A stretch of 60,128 nt of DNA, from contig JAGVBB010000002.1 in NCBI GenBank assembly GCA_020059915.1, forward strand, positions 1-60,128. Reading direction: 5' to 3'. The notes beneath the pieces were generated by a model that ran no database searches, was not told the DNA's origin, and saw only the letters and a program-made list of their open reading frames with translations. Below, piece by piece: positions 28,189 through 38,583 of the stretch. Source of the stretch: Minisyncoccota bacterium. Its GTDB lineage: Bacteria > Patescibacteriota > Minisyncoccia > UBA6257 > GWB1-50-10. A program made the position numbers and the translations under genes. Position 1 is the stretch's first letter; each line of letters starts with the position of its first letter.

Positions 28189-29493
28189 TTATTTTGTTTC
28201 TGTATGTGTTCGCGACGTGGTATATGCAAGTAGAGTAAATAGCGCAAGATATGATGGAAAGATATCAAACAAAACAATCCCCTGCACAAGATAGGCAATC
28301 ATAATTCCCAACAACACTGCCCGTTCCCCCAATGAAATATGTTTTGTATCTTTTGTCTTTTTCCACACATAGAAAAATGAAAATATCATTCCCAACAGTC
28401 CAACAATCCCAACAATCCCCGTCCCGACAAGTGCATCAAAATACAAACTGTGTGCCCTATCAAACCAGGTTTCCCCTCCAGTTACCGGATCAAAGTGACG
28501 ATGGTCAAAATATTTATCAAACACCATACTGAAATTTTCCGGACCCCATCCAAAAATTGGGCGCTCCTTGAATCCCTGTAGTGCCGAATTCCACGTCCAC
28601 AATCGCGTTTGGGCTGTCTGTTCCTGAAGCGAGATGGTAAATACACGAAATCCTGGAATTTTCTGAAGTGTTGGATTGGTACGAAATGCAATAAGCAACG
28701 ATGAAACGATTACCAACCCCGCCAATACACCAAGCACTTTTTTGCGAAGATGCTTGTTGTTGAATGCAATAAAAAATAAAGAGAAAAATAATCCAACAAC
28801 CAATCCTAAAAACGCGCCACGCGTCTGTGAAGACCAAGAAGCAAGAAGTGATACTACCGCAATACCAAGGAACCAATTCTTTTCCTGTTTGGTGACGGCA
28901 CGAAACGCACTGATGAGTGCAAACGCCATTGTGAACAACATAAATGTCCCCACATATGCAGGGTTCCCCAAACTTCCTGCAAAACGAAGTCCCGCAGAAG
29001 AAAATGATTGTCCAACAAATCCGTTAATTCCCAATCCTGCCCCGACCCCATAGAGCATCACCAGGGCAGAAGAAACAATCCAAAATATAAAGAACCTTCT
29101 CCATGCCTTCCAATCCTTGAACAGTACCACTGCCATAAAGAAAAAGGCACCAAGATTCAATAACTGCAATCCCCCCTCTCCCCGTTCAAAGTTTGACCAA
29201 AATGATGCGGTGGGATTCACTCCAAAAAATCCAGCAACTACAAACGTAGCAACGTATACCAACGCGCCAATCGCAAGTGGATGTGTTATTACTCCCTTCA
29301 TTCTGGCAAGCATTTCATCGTTTTCATCCTTAAATACCAACCCCAATGAAAATGCTATTACTGCCAACCCAACACAGATCCTGAAAAATACATATTTCCC
29401 CACGATAAATGGAAATAAGGTAGAAGATGTAACAAGGACAACTGAAAAGATTGCTGCATATAGGAAAAATCGAGCAAGTTTGAAATAATCCAT
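28189..29493 (-). CDS. O-antigen ligase / oligosaccharyltransferase family
   Basis: LGNPAY, SQTRGA, RLWTW..ERPIFGWGPENF, DRAHSLYF; ATG at 29493. Confidence 0.92.
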   Translation of the reverse strand: MDYFKLARFFLYAAIFSVVLVTSSTLFPFIVGKYVFFRICVGLAVIAFSLGLVFKDENDEMLARMKGVITHPLAIGALVYVATFVVAGFFGVNPTASFWSNFERGEGGLQLLNLGAFFFMAVVLFKDWKAWRRFFIFWIVSSALVMLYGVGAGLGINGFVGQSFSSAGLRFAGSLGNPAYVGTFMLFTMAFALISAFRAVTKQEKNWFLGIAVVSLLASWSSQTRGAFLGLVVGLFFSLFFIAFNNKHLRKKVLGVLAGLVIVSSLLIAFRTNPTLQKIPGFRVFTISLQEQTAQTRLWTWNSALQGFKERPIFGWGPENFSMVFDKYFDHRHFDPVTGGETWFDRAHSLYFDALVGTGIVGIVGLLGMIFSFFYVWKKTKDTKHISLGERAVLLGIMIAYLVQGIVLFDIFPSYLALFTLLAYTTSRTHTETK

Positions 29494-29599
29494 CCCGTTT
29501 AGAAATCCTGACAATTTGGTTTGTTCGACAAAAATGGTTTTAATTTCATAAATATATAATTTCAGTGGTTATCCCGTACAAGTTCAGATTTCTAACGGG
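29494..29599. mobile_element. 106-bp MITE-like element, copy 2
   Basis: cccgtttagaaa ... tttctaacggg; left ~45 bp similar to 9808-9911. Confidence 0.65.
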
Positions 29600-29788
29600 A
29601 TCCATTACCAGTAAGTGTATCGCACTTATTGAAAGATTTAAAGATTGAAAATTGAAGAATAATGGAGGTAGGCCCCACTACAAGAGAAATCCTAATATCT
29701 AAAAACTAAATTCCAAACAAATTCAGAGAAATTTTAAACAGGAGAGTAAATTCCCGCTGGAGTTTATCCGCCGTGGCAAAAGAGATGG

Positions 29789-29880
29789 ATTCCCGTTTTC
29801 ACGGGAATGACAGAATGGGAACGTGAGTGACAGAAGGAGGACGGGAATGACGGGTATGAGTCGAGGATGATAGAACAGGT
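29789..29880. repeat. ATTCCC-N8-GGGAAT palindrome plus four degenerate 20-nt tandem units
   Basis: attccc gttttcac gggaat; units start at 29801, 29821, 29841, 29861. Confidence 0.7.
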
Positions 29881-29887
29881 AATGAAA

Positions 29888-29918
29888 TAAAAAAAGAACC
29901 CCCGAGGGGGTTCTTTTT
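29888..29918 (-). terminator. Terminator of the surface-protein gene
   Basis: aaaaaagaaccccc-ga-gggggttctttt. Confidence 0.75.
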
Positions 29919-29930
29919 CAACACGAATTA

Positions 29931-32900
29931 TTAGTAGGTGTTTGTTCCGAGACGGACGGTATCTGCATTATCCGAGTTCTTGTTCATATTCTTCAAAGAA
30001 GCATATGTGTTAAGAGTTGGGTTGTAGATATCATAACCATAGGTTACGTTTGCGTCAGTCCAGTAATCAGCTGTGTCAGATGCACTGTATCCTGCGCTTG
30101 GCATTACGAAGTCAACCAAAATGTTTGGATGATCCGTTGATGCTACACCAGTTCGAATACCAGATGTATCAGCATAAAGCTTGTACGTCTTGGTTGTTGA
30201 AATGGTGGTTGAAGCAAAGGTAAATACAGTTGATGTTGACACTGAAGCACCAGTAAGTGTCTGTGCTGTGGTTGCTACAGTTGCGCCAGAGTCTGCATCC
30301 TTAAGGGTAAACGTTGTTATCGTTGAAGATGCTGAACCGCCAGTGAGCTGTACACGCAATGTAAGTCCGGTGAGGATCACATTACGATCTCCCTGCTTAC
30401 CGACAGTTACGCGACCGATTTCTGAATCAGCTGCGCCCACGGTATTTGCTGAGAAACCAGAACCTGCTACAACAGTTGGAACAGTTGCCTGCACCTTGTA
30501 GTAGTTGGTTGCAACACTTGAGATGGTTACACCAGTATCCATCAAACCAAGTGATGCTGAATTAATTTCAAGATCATCGATTGATGAGCTGGTAACCGTT
30601 GCACGGAATACAGACTGAGGAAGAATTGCTGTGTTGGCGCTGATATCAGCCTTGATGGTCAATATCTTGTCGCTTCCCTGTGGCAATGTTACCCACTTAT
30701 CTGAACCCAATGTGATTACTGCTGCACCATTTATTACGCTGTTTGTTGAACCAAGTTCATTGGTGCCATCAAAGAGTTTTACAGCACTGAAGTTCTGATC
30801 AATTGAGCTCCACAATCCTGAGGATGCGGCTGCAAGATTGATAGTGATCTTTCGAAGTGAAAGATCTTCGTTCAATGCGGTGAACTTGATGTCACCAAGT
30901 GATACTCTAGTGGTGCCTGCAAGTAATACCTTTGATGTAATCGCTGAGTTATCACTGCTTGCAATGGTTACTGAAGGAGTACCAATAGCAATAGTTTGTC
31001 CTGCACCAGATGATACTGATTCAAGCGCTTTTCCTGATACTACACCATATCCACCAACGTTAGTGATGGTTACGTATGATGAGCCAGCTGCGTTTGATTG
31101 AATATCTGCGAACACAGAGACGGTCTTTGTTGTACCCTTTTCAACTTTGAAGTTGGAAATAGTAAAGTTGTTACCGGTTGCGCTTGGAGTACCAATGGTT
31201 GAGCCAAGCTGTGTGTCGCCAACCTTAATCATAAGGTTGCTGATGTTTCCTGATGTTGCAACGCTCAATGTGATGCTGTTGACTTGAATGTCATCAGCTG
31301 CTGAGGCCTGGAGATTGAATTGTCCAATCTTTACCGCCTGTGCACCCTGTGCACGGTTTGTGTTTGCAAACGATGCATCCTTGGTTGCAGTGAGTGTTAC
31401 ATCCTTCAAACTAAGTGAGTTTGCTGAAACGTATTTGCTTGCACCAGTGAGATCAACAAAATCGTTTGTTGAGAATCTCTTTCCATAGAAGTTTCCGATA
31501 GAAACTTGATACGATCCTGAAGTTGCGTTCGATGAAACCGAACCCAAAACCTGAAGTTTTACGGTCTGGTTTGATGAAAGCGGAAGGTATGAAGAAAGAG
31601 TCTGCTGAACTGCCGCTGCAGTTGAAGTGCCCTGAACACCTGTGGTATCTGCTGAAACTGAGAGATAGGTCTCGCCAGTTGCTGCATTCTTCACAGTAAG
31701 TGATCCAGTGAGAACTGGAGCAAGTCCTGAGCGAACTGCAATGACTTTCATCTTACGAATCTCAAGCTGTTCGCCTGAAGATTTGATCTCGAATTCACCG
31801 AGAACGGTGTTTGATGCTGCAGGAGCGATAGAACCGCTTGGTGATGCAGATGACTTAGAAACAGTCAACTGACCCTGCTTCATTTTGAACCATCCTGATG
31901 AATCATCCTTTGTATCTGCTTGCTCAAGTGAGTTTCCATCTACGTCAGTTAAAAGAACTGATGCGCCGGTGGTTACACCTGTTGCAACGATATCATAATC
32001 ATTCTGGATAGAAAGATTGAAGTATCGTCCTGATCCATCCATCACATCAACTTTTACAGAAAAGGTTCGGGAAAGACCCTTATCAATTGTGTAAGGTGAT
32101 GTAAGATTGAATGTTACAAAACGATCCTTGGAAGATTCTGTAGTTGCAAGAAGATTTCCTTCCTGTGAGTACAACTTCCAATTCTTGAGGTCTGTTGACT
32201 CAACAATATTTCCGCTTACATACACGGAAAGATTTTTAACCTGGATTGCCTCTTTCGAGTTATTCTGGGTTACTTTGAGTTTAAATACCTCACGCTGTGT
32301 TTCCCCGATTTCGAGGTTTCCAGTCACAGCTGAATCTGCTGCATTTGTTGATGACATACCAGCAACTGATTGGTCATTAATGCGAGCATCTCCGAGTGAT
32401 GCAGAACCATCAACCACGGTGTAGGTTCCACCAACCATTGGGAAGGTTCCCATGACTGGAGCGGTTCCTGATACCTTGACGTCTGATGCTGACATTACGC
32501 CGAAGTTCAAAGATGCTGATGTTGTGGTTGAATCAAGATTGATTGCCACTGAAAGCGTCTTTGTTGTTCCTGCTGGAACAGTCATCGGATCTGATCCGAA
32601 GTTGACGGTTACTTTACCGTCTGAAGTGAGGGAAGTCACAATGTTTCCATAGCGCTTTCCTGCTTCGTCCCACACGCTCACGCCGTTAATACGAGTGTTT
32701 GCGATGTATCCACCACGAGTTGCGGTGATACCAGTCACAACAACTGCGTCTTTTCCTGCGGTAAGCTTGAGGTTCAAGACCTTGTTATACAAGGAGCTTG
32801 ATGGGATGTTTCCACCAAGTGATGGAACTGCCTCTACTTTTAAGTATGATTCGGTTGCTGTTACAACACCACCGGTGCTGCCACCAGTCGAACCAGTACT

Positions 32901-33296
32901 ATTGATTTTTGCACGGCTTAATGGACCGAAATAACCCGATGCTGGGCTAACGGCATTTGCCTTTTGCCACTCAATGAGTGCTGCTTTGGTCATAGGACCA
33001 AACCAGTTTGTTGCTGTAGCTATTTTAAGGTAGCCACCTGCGATTAGAATGCTCTGAAGCTGTTTCACATCATCACCTGTTGAACCAATTGTGAGGTTTT
33101 TGGTAAAGGTGTACGAGCTCGTTGAACCAGTTGTCGTTGAAGACGTCCCCTGAAGCTGCATAAGCTGCGCCTGGAGAGCCTGGATTTGAGCAAGAAGATC
33201 TGCAACAGATACCTGAGCAAAAGCCGGAGCTGAAAGTGATGCTACCGTCATGATAGCAATACTTGCAGTCGCGATTTTATAAGTTAACTTTGACAT
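29931..33296 (-). CDS. Large secreted cell-surface (S-layer-like) protein with N-terminal peptidoglycan-binding domain
   Basis: Signal peptide (..APAFAQ); FTKNLTIGSTGDDVKQLQ..YFGPLSRA PG_binding_1-like segment; very S/T/G/A-rich beta-type body. Confidence 0.85.
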   Translation of the reverse strand: MSKLTYKIATASIAIMTVASLSAPAFAQVSVADLLAQIQALQAQLMQLQGTSSTTTGSTSSYTFTKNLTIGSTGDDVKQLQSILIAGGYLKIATATNWFGPMTKAALIEWQKANAVSPASGYFGPLSRAKINSTGSTGGSTGGVVTATESYLKVEAVPSLGGNIPSSSLYNKVLNLKLTAGKDAVVVTGITATRGGYIANTRINGVSVWDEAGKRYGNIVTSLTSDGKVTVNFGSDPMTVPAGTTKTLSVAINLDSTTTSASLNFGVMSASDVKVSGTAPVMGTFPMVGGTYTVVDGSASLGDARINDQSVAGMSSTNAADSAVTGNLEIGETQREVFKLKVTQNNSKEAIQVKNLSVYVSGNIVESTDLKNWKLYSQEGNLLATTESSKDRFVTFNLTSPYTIDKGLSRTFSVKVDVMDGSGRYFNLSIQNDYDIVATGVTTGASVLLTDVDGNSLEQADTKDDSSGWFKMKQGQLTVSKSSASPSGSIAPAASNTVLGEFEIKSSGEQLEIRKMKVIAVRSGLAPVLTGSLTVKNAATGETYLSVSADTTGVQGTSTAAAVQQTLSSYLPLSSNQTVKLQVLGSVSSNATSGSYQVSIGNFYGKRFSTNDFVDLTGASKYVSANSLSLKDVTLTATKDASFANTNRAQGAQAVKIGQFNLQASAADDIQVNSITLSVATSGNISNLMIKVGDTQLGSTIGTPSATGNNFTISNFKVEKGTTKTVSVFADIQSNAAGSSYVTITNVGGYGVVSGKALESVSSGAGQTIAIGTPSVTIASSDNSAITSKVLLAGTTRVSLGDIKFTALNEDLSLRKITINLAAASSGLWSSIDQNFSAVKLFDGTNELGSTNSVINGAAVITLGSDKWVTLPQGSDKILTIKADISANTAILPQSVFRATVTSSSIDDLEINSASLGLMDTGVTISSVATNYYKVQATVPTVVAGSGFSANTVGAADSEIGRVTVGKQGDRNVILTGLTLRVQLTGGSASSTITTFTLKDADSGATVATTAQTLTGASVSTSTVFTFASTTISTTKTYKLYADTSGIRTGVASTDHPNILVDFVMPSAGYSASDTADYWTDANVTYGYDIYNPTLNTYASLKNMNKNSDNADTVRLGTNTY

Positions 33297-33763
33297 TTGT
33301 ATTTTCTGTTTTTTTCTTTTGGGAATAATTTTGTTCGTATTCTCGCACCCCTAAGATTGTGCGAGGCGAACTCGACCTTTCGTGTTTCAGGACACCATTC
33401 TTTTGCTTTCGGGCCTTTTGTTGCGACTCCATGAAGTGAGGATCCGGAGCAATAAAAGAAGCGAAAAACAATGGTGGATCGATTACGAATAACTAACAAC
33501 AAGGGAATGACCAAACTATAAAAATTCCCGCTTGTGGCGGGCTTTATACGAAAAGAAAGGAATATCAAGAGACCTCGCAAACAACGTATACAAAACCATC
33601 GTTTGCGAGATCTCCATCTGTATATTCACAGTTCCTTTTGCGGTAGCTAGGCCTCACCCCAAGCTCCCTCAATGGGATAGTTTATACTATATACTTTTAA
33701 AACCATTTTTCAAGGTTTTGTCCGCCTAGGGCGGAAATAACCTTTTTTACGGTTCTATATATA

Positions 33764-33790
33764 GAACGACTGAAAAAGAAGATTGTTACA
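33764..33790 (-). promoter_or_regulatory. Candidate ECF-sigma promoter upstream of the surface protein
   Basis: TGTAAC-N16-CGTTC, same spacing as 51416-51441. Confidence 0.35.
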
Positions 33791-33835
33791 CCAAAATAGT
33801 GACTAGGGTTTGGGGATTAGTTATTAGAAGCTGGC

Positions 33836-34570
33836 CTACATTACCCATTTTCCTGTCATAAAGAGGAGAATGCAAACACCAATAAAAAGGATTATCTGCT
33901 CAAGAACGTATCTCCTATTCAACCCCCCTGAACAATGGGCAACTACAAGATCACGAACACCAAGCACTAGAAGCGACAACACTCCTGCTCCCGCAATAGC
34001 ACTTAATGGAAGTGCTCGAACAAGCAATATACATTCAAAGATAAAGAAACCAGTTCCCGCACTTATAAGGAGTATCCGTTTTTTCCATGGAAACTGGTGT
34101 TGTATACACAATTCATAGAGGAGCAGTCCGGAAACAAAGGCACCAAATAATGCGGAAACAAATCCCGAGGAGACAACAGAAAATAACAGCGCACCATAGA
34201 CAAGTGCTGTATGAAACAACGAAAGAACGAGTTCTTTTCTCTTAAAAAGAAAACGAACAATACCAATCCACACTACCATACCAACGCCCGCACATAACCC
34301 AAAAATAATTCCAGAATACACACTCGCATCAAGATATTCCGCCCATATTAACAACAATATGACATAGACAAGATACGAGCGAATATATGTTTCACGTTCT
34401 ATTGTCTCAATATAAAAAAGTATCCAGAACAACAGAGCAGAAATAATTAATGAAAAAATACCACCATACACATGGACAAAAAGTGCCAAACAAATTGCAA
34501 TGACAGTATTAACGACCAATGACCACTCGACGGTCTTTGGAAAGTGAGATAGTAAGTTTTTGGCCTTCAT
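33836..34570 (-). CDS. Multi-pass membrane hypothetical protein (start uncertain; overlaps the clpB end)
   Basis: Long ORF with about 8 hydrophobic segments. Confidence 0.75.
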   Translation of the reverse strand: MKAKNLLSHFPKTVEWSLVVNTVIAICLALFVHVYGGIFSLIISALLFWILFYIETIERETYIRSYLVYVILLLIWAEYLDASVYSGIIFGLCAGVGMVVWIGIVRFLFKRKELVLSLFHTALVYGALLFSVVSSGFVSALFGAFVSGLLLYELCIQHQFPWKKRILLISAGTGFFIFECILLVRALPLSAIAGAGVLSLLVLGVRDLVVAHCSGGLNRRYVLEQIILFIGVCILLFMTGKWVM

Positions 34571-37181
34571 TGATTTCTCCGCGAATAATTTTATCTGCAA
34601 GTGCGTCAACAATTACCTTTTCAATCAACCGTTTTATGGGACGCGCTCCATAGTCCGGATCAAAGCCCTCCTCACTTAAGTATGCCCTAACTTGAGGTTT
34701 TACGACAATCTTTATATTTTTTAATTTGAGTCGTTCTGCCACGCGCTCCAATTGAATATCAACAATCTGCTTGATTGCCTCTCCTCGAAGAGCGTTAAAA
34801 ATAACAATCTCGTCCAAACGATTCAAAAATTCAGGACGAAATGTTTCCTTGAGAGCACTGGAAACTCCTTCCTTAAATTCTTCTTCCTTATCTCTTATCT
34901 CCCGCTCTTTTTCATGAGTACCAAAACCAAGTCGTGACATCTCCTTGAAATATGAACTTCCCACATTTGAAGTAAGAATAATCACGGTGTTCCTGAAATT
35001 TACCGTCTTCCCCTTTCCGTCGGTAAGTCGTCCATTATCAAGAACTTGGAGTAATACATTAAACACTTCTGGATGCGCTTTCTCAATTTCATCAAACAAA
35101 ATCAAACTATATGGCCGATGACGAACAATCTGAGTAAGTTGTCCCCCCTCCTCGTGTCCTACGTACCCTGGTGGAGATCCAATAAGTCGGGAGACTGCAT
35201 GACGTTCCATATATTCCGACATATCAACACGAACAAGTGCCTTTTCATCATTAAACATAAATTCGGCAAGCGCTTTTGCAAGTTCTGTTTTTCCCACACC
35301 CGTTGGACCCAAAAAGATAAATGATCCCATCGGTCTATCTTCGTCGGCAAGTCCTGCACGAGATCTGCGAAGTGCTCGCGCAACTGCAGAAATAGCCTCT
35401 GTTTGTCCAACAACTCTCTTTCCCAACTCCTCGTCCAATCGCGAAAGTTTGTCCATTTCTGATTCAAGCATTTTTGACACAGGGATTCCTGTCCAACGTG
35501 AAACAACTCCAGCAATATCTTCTTCGTCTATTGTTTCTTTTATATATCGATGTGGTTGTTTTGTGTCTTTTTTCTTTCCCTTTTCTTTTTTTACCTCGTT
35601 TAATAAATATTTCTTTTCAAATGCCTTATATTCTTTTTCTGCCAAAGGAAGTTCCCCATACGTGATGCGCGCCACGCGCTCAAAATTTCCCTCACGTTCT
35701 GCAATTTCTGCTTCACGCTTTAGGTCATCAATCTTTTTTCGTAATGTCTGGAATTTTTCAAACGTAACCTTTTCATTGTGCCACTGACCAGAAATTTCAT
35801 CATTTCTTTTTTTATACTCTTGAAGTTCCCGCTCCACTTCTTTCAACCGATCGGTTTGTTTCTTTTGTCCTTTCTCGCCGGTGAGCGCAGATTTTTCAAT
35901 TTCCAATCGGGTGATTTCACGTCGAATTTTATCAAGTTCGGTCGGCATACTTTCCGACTCCAATCTCCGCGCTGCGGATGCCTCATCAATCAAATCAACC
36001 GCCTTATCTGGAAGAAATCTGTCGGTAATATAACGCGCAGAAAGATTTACTGCCGAAATAATTGCTTCATCGGAAATTTTAAGTCCGTGGTGCATTTCAT
36101 ATTTTTCCTTTAACCCACGCAGAATAGAAATTGAATCATCAATAGTTGGCTCATCAACAACAATTGGCTGGAATCTGCGCTCAAGTGCAGCATCTTTTTC
36201 AATATGCTTTTGATATTCCTTTAATGTTGTTGCACCAATTGCGTGGAGTTCCCCACGAGCAAGCGCTGGCTTCAAAAGATTTGATGCATCAATCGCTCCC
36301 TCTGCTGCCCCTGCACCAACAATCATGTGAATTTCATCAATAAATAATAAAATTCTTCCCTCTGCCCCCTGGACCTCCCTGAGAAATGCCTTGAGACGAT
36401 CTTCAAACTCACCACGAAACTTTGTTCCCGCGATGAGCGAACCCAAATCAAGCATGATCACCTCCTTATTTTTTAACGGCTCGGGTACATCGTTTGCCAC
36501 GATGCGTTGCGCAAGCCCCTCAACAATTGCTGTCTTGCCCACGCCTGGCTCGCCAATGAGTACAGGATTATTTTTTGTTCTTCGAGAAAGAATTTGCATT
36601 AAACGACGCAACTCTTCTTCACGCCCGATGACGGGATCTAATTTTCCCGCCCGCGCTTTCTCGGTGATATTGATCGCATATTTTTCCAAAACACGAAATT
36701 TATTTTCTGGTGATTCATCTGTAATACGCGTTGATCCACGAACCTCATGAAACGCTTTTAATAGAACATCTTTGCGAACACCAAATTGTGAAAGCAATTC
36801 TTGTGCGGGTGATGGAAAGTCGGTTATTGAAATAAGAATATGCTCACATGAAATAAAATCATCCTGTTCTGTGCGCGCAATCTCCCCCGCTCTATCCAAG
36901 ATACGGACCAGTTCCGGAGACAGATACATCTGTCCCGCATTTCCAATCCCTTGGAATATTTTTGGGAGGTGGAGTACCGCATCTTCAACACGAGAAACAA
37001 GCCCGCTAATATTTATGCGTGCACGTGTAAGAATTGGACGAACTAGAGTTGATTCATCATCCAAAAGCATGAGTAATACATGAAGTGCTTTTAATTCCCC
37101 ATGATTCTCGCGCATGGACATTTCCTGCGCTCCTTGAAGCGCTTCTTGTGCCTTGATAGTAAATTTGTTGAATTGTGGCAT
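34509..37181 (-). CDS. clpB: Chaperone ClpB
   Basis: Two AAA modules ([16 protein letters not shown]), M-domain coiled coil, [10 protein letters not shown]-like segment. Confidence 0.97.
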   Translation of the reverse strand: MPQFNKFTIKAQEALQGAQEMSMRENHGELKALHVLLMLLDDESTLVRPILTRARINISGLVSRVEDAVLHLPKIFQGIGNAGQMYLSPELVRILDRAGEIARTEQDDFISCEHILISITDFPSPAQELLSQFGVRKDVLLKAFHEVRGSTRITDESPENKFRVLEKYAINITEKARAGKLDPVIGREEELRRLMQILSRRTKNNPVLIGEPGVGKTAIVEGLAQRIVANDVPEPLKNKEVIMLDLGSLIAGTKFRGEFEDRLKAFLREVQGAEGRILLFIDEIHMIVGAGAAEGAIDASNLLKPALARGELHAIGATTLKEYQKHIEKDAALERRFQPIVVDEPTIDDSISILRGLKEKYEMHHGLKISDEAIISAVNLSARYITDRFLPDKAVDLIDEASAARRLESESMPTELDKIRREITRLEIEKSALTGEKGQKKQTDRLKEVERELQEYKKRNDEISGQWHNEKVTFEKFQTLRKKIDDLKREAEIAEREGNFERVARITYGELPLAEKEYKAFEKKYLLNEVKKEKGKKKDTKQPHRYIKETIDEEDIAGVVSRWTGIPVSKMLESEMDKLSRLDEELGKRVVGQTEAISAVARALRRSRAGLADEDRPMGSFIFLGPTGVGKTELAKALAEFMFNDEKALVRVDMSEYMERHAVSRLIGSPPGYVGHEEGGQLTQIVRHRPYSLILFDEIEKAHPEVFNVLLQVLDNGRLTDGKGKTVNFRNTVIILTSNVGSSYFKEMSRLGFGTHEKEREIRDKEEEFKEGVSSALKETFRPEFLNRLDEIVIFNALRGEAIKQIVDIQLERVAERLKLKNIKIVVKPQVRAYLSEEGFDPDYGARPIKRLIEKVIVDALADKIIRGEINEGQKLTISLSKDRRVVIGR

Positions 37182-37270
37182 AAATATAAATAAATCCTAA
37201 TTTCTAATATTCAAATCCTAACTATATCTTATAATAGCCCAAACAAATTGGCAAACTATAGGTTTGAGTG

Positions 37271-38524
37271 CTAATCAGTATCTTTTGGGCGCTCCACAAG
37301 TGTCGCTTTAAGCGTTAATATTTCCTCTCCCCGTTTGATGGTTACACTAATTGTTTCTCCAATATCATATTTTTGAATAAGTGAACCAAGCGTGTTTTCT
37401 GAAGAAACCTTATCCCCATTTATTGCGGTAATAATATCATCCGACCGTATTCCTGCTTTTGATGCTGGAGAATCTTTCATTACTGCCGGACCATTCTCGT
37501 CTCCCCGCACCAGCGCCCCTTCGGTTGTCGTGATTTGTTGTTTCTTCGCGATATCTTCATTCAACATGATATACCGAACTCCAAGATATGCTGTCTTTAT
37601 ATCACCTGTTTTTTTAACCGACTCAATCGCCCGTTTTGCTTGGTTTATAGGAATAGCAAATCCGATATTTTGAGCGCCAGAAACAATGGCGGTGTTAATA
37701 CCAATCACTTGTCCCTTTAGGTTCAGGAGTGGCCCACCTGAATTTCCTGGATTAATTGCCGCGTCGGTTTGTATGACACCATTTATTGTTTCCACGCCGA
37801 CACCACTTCCTGATGCAGTAACGCTTCGAGAGAGACCTGAAACAACACCAACAGAAACCGTATTTCTGAATTCACCCAATGCATTTCCAATCGCGATTGC
37901 AGTCTGCCCAAGTTTTATTGAATCTGAATCTCCCAATTTTGCAGGAGTAAGGATTGCATCAACTTTTATAATCGCAATATCATTTACCGGATCTTTTGCA
38001 AGAACGCGTGCTGGATATTTTTTTCCATCACTCGTGAACACAGTATATTCCGCCTTTTCATCATAGATAACATGCTTGTTGGTGAGAATTAACCCATCTT
38101 CCGATATAACAAACCCACTTCCCCCACCAATCTCTTTTTTCTCTGTTTTCCCATTATCACATGGTTTTGAAAACCGCATACTTCCACCAAAAAAATCACG
38201 GAACTCTGGAGGAAGACCGCTGAACGGATCTTCAATACAATTTTCCAACAATGGAATGTCTTTTGTTGCAGAAATCGCAACTACTGATTGAGAAGCGAGT
38301 TCAACTGCCCCAGTCACCGCATCTTCGTATGTCTCTACAGGTTTGTATAATTCTTTATCTGTAGGTTCAAGCTTTGGAGATTCTTTGTTTGCCTCTTTAA
38401 ATACATGGAACTCCCAAGCATCTTTGATGATGTTGGTATACATGACCGCAGCTCCCCCCGCAACAACAAATACCGCGACAATAGAAATGATAGTTAATAT
38501 TTTTTTTGGTAAATATTTGCTCAT
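37271..38524 (-). CDS. DegP/HtrA serine protease with PDZ domain
   Basis: GSGFVIS, TNKHV, DIAII, AAINPGNSGGPL; C-terminal PDZ. Confidence 0.96.
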   Translation of the reverse strand: MSKYLPKKILTIISIVAVFVVAGGAAVMYTNIIKDAWEFHVFKEANKESPKLEPTDKELYKPVETYEDAVTGAVELASQSVVAISATKDIPLLENCIEDPFSGLPPEFRDFFGGSMRFSKPCDNGKTEKKEIGGGSGFVISEDGLILTNKHVIYDEKAEYTVFTSDGKKYPARVLAKDPVNDIAIIKVDAILTPAKLGDSDSIKLGQTAIAIGNALGEFRNTVSVGVVSGLSRSVTASGSGVGVETINGVIQTDAAINPGNSGGPLLNLKGQVIGINTAIVSGAQNIGFAIPINQAKRAIESVKKTGDIKTAYLGVRYIMLNEDIAKKQQITTTEGALVRGDENGPAVMKDSPASKAGIRSDDIITAINGDKVSSENTLGSLIQKYDIGETISVTIKRGEEILTLKATLVERPKDTD

Positions 38525-38583
38525 ATGATTACATAATTAAATTGCAAAGGCAGACACGGAGACCTTCCCGTGTCTGATATTTG

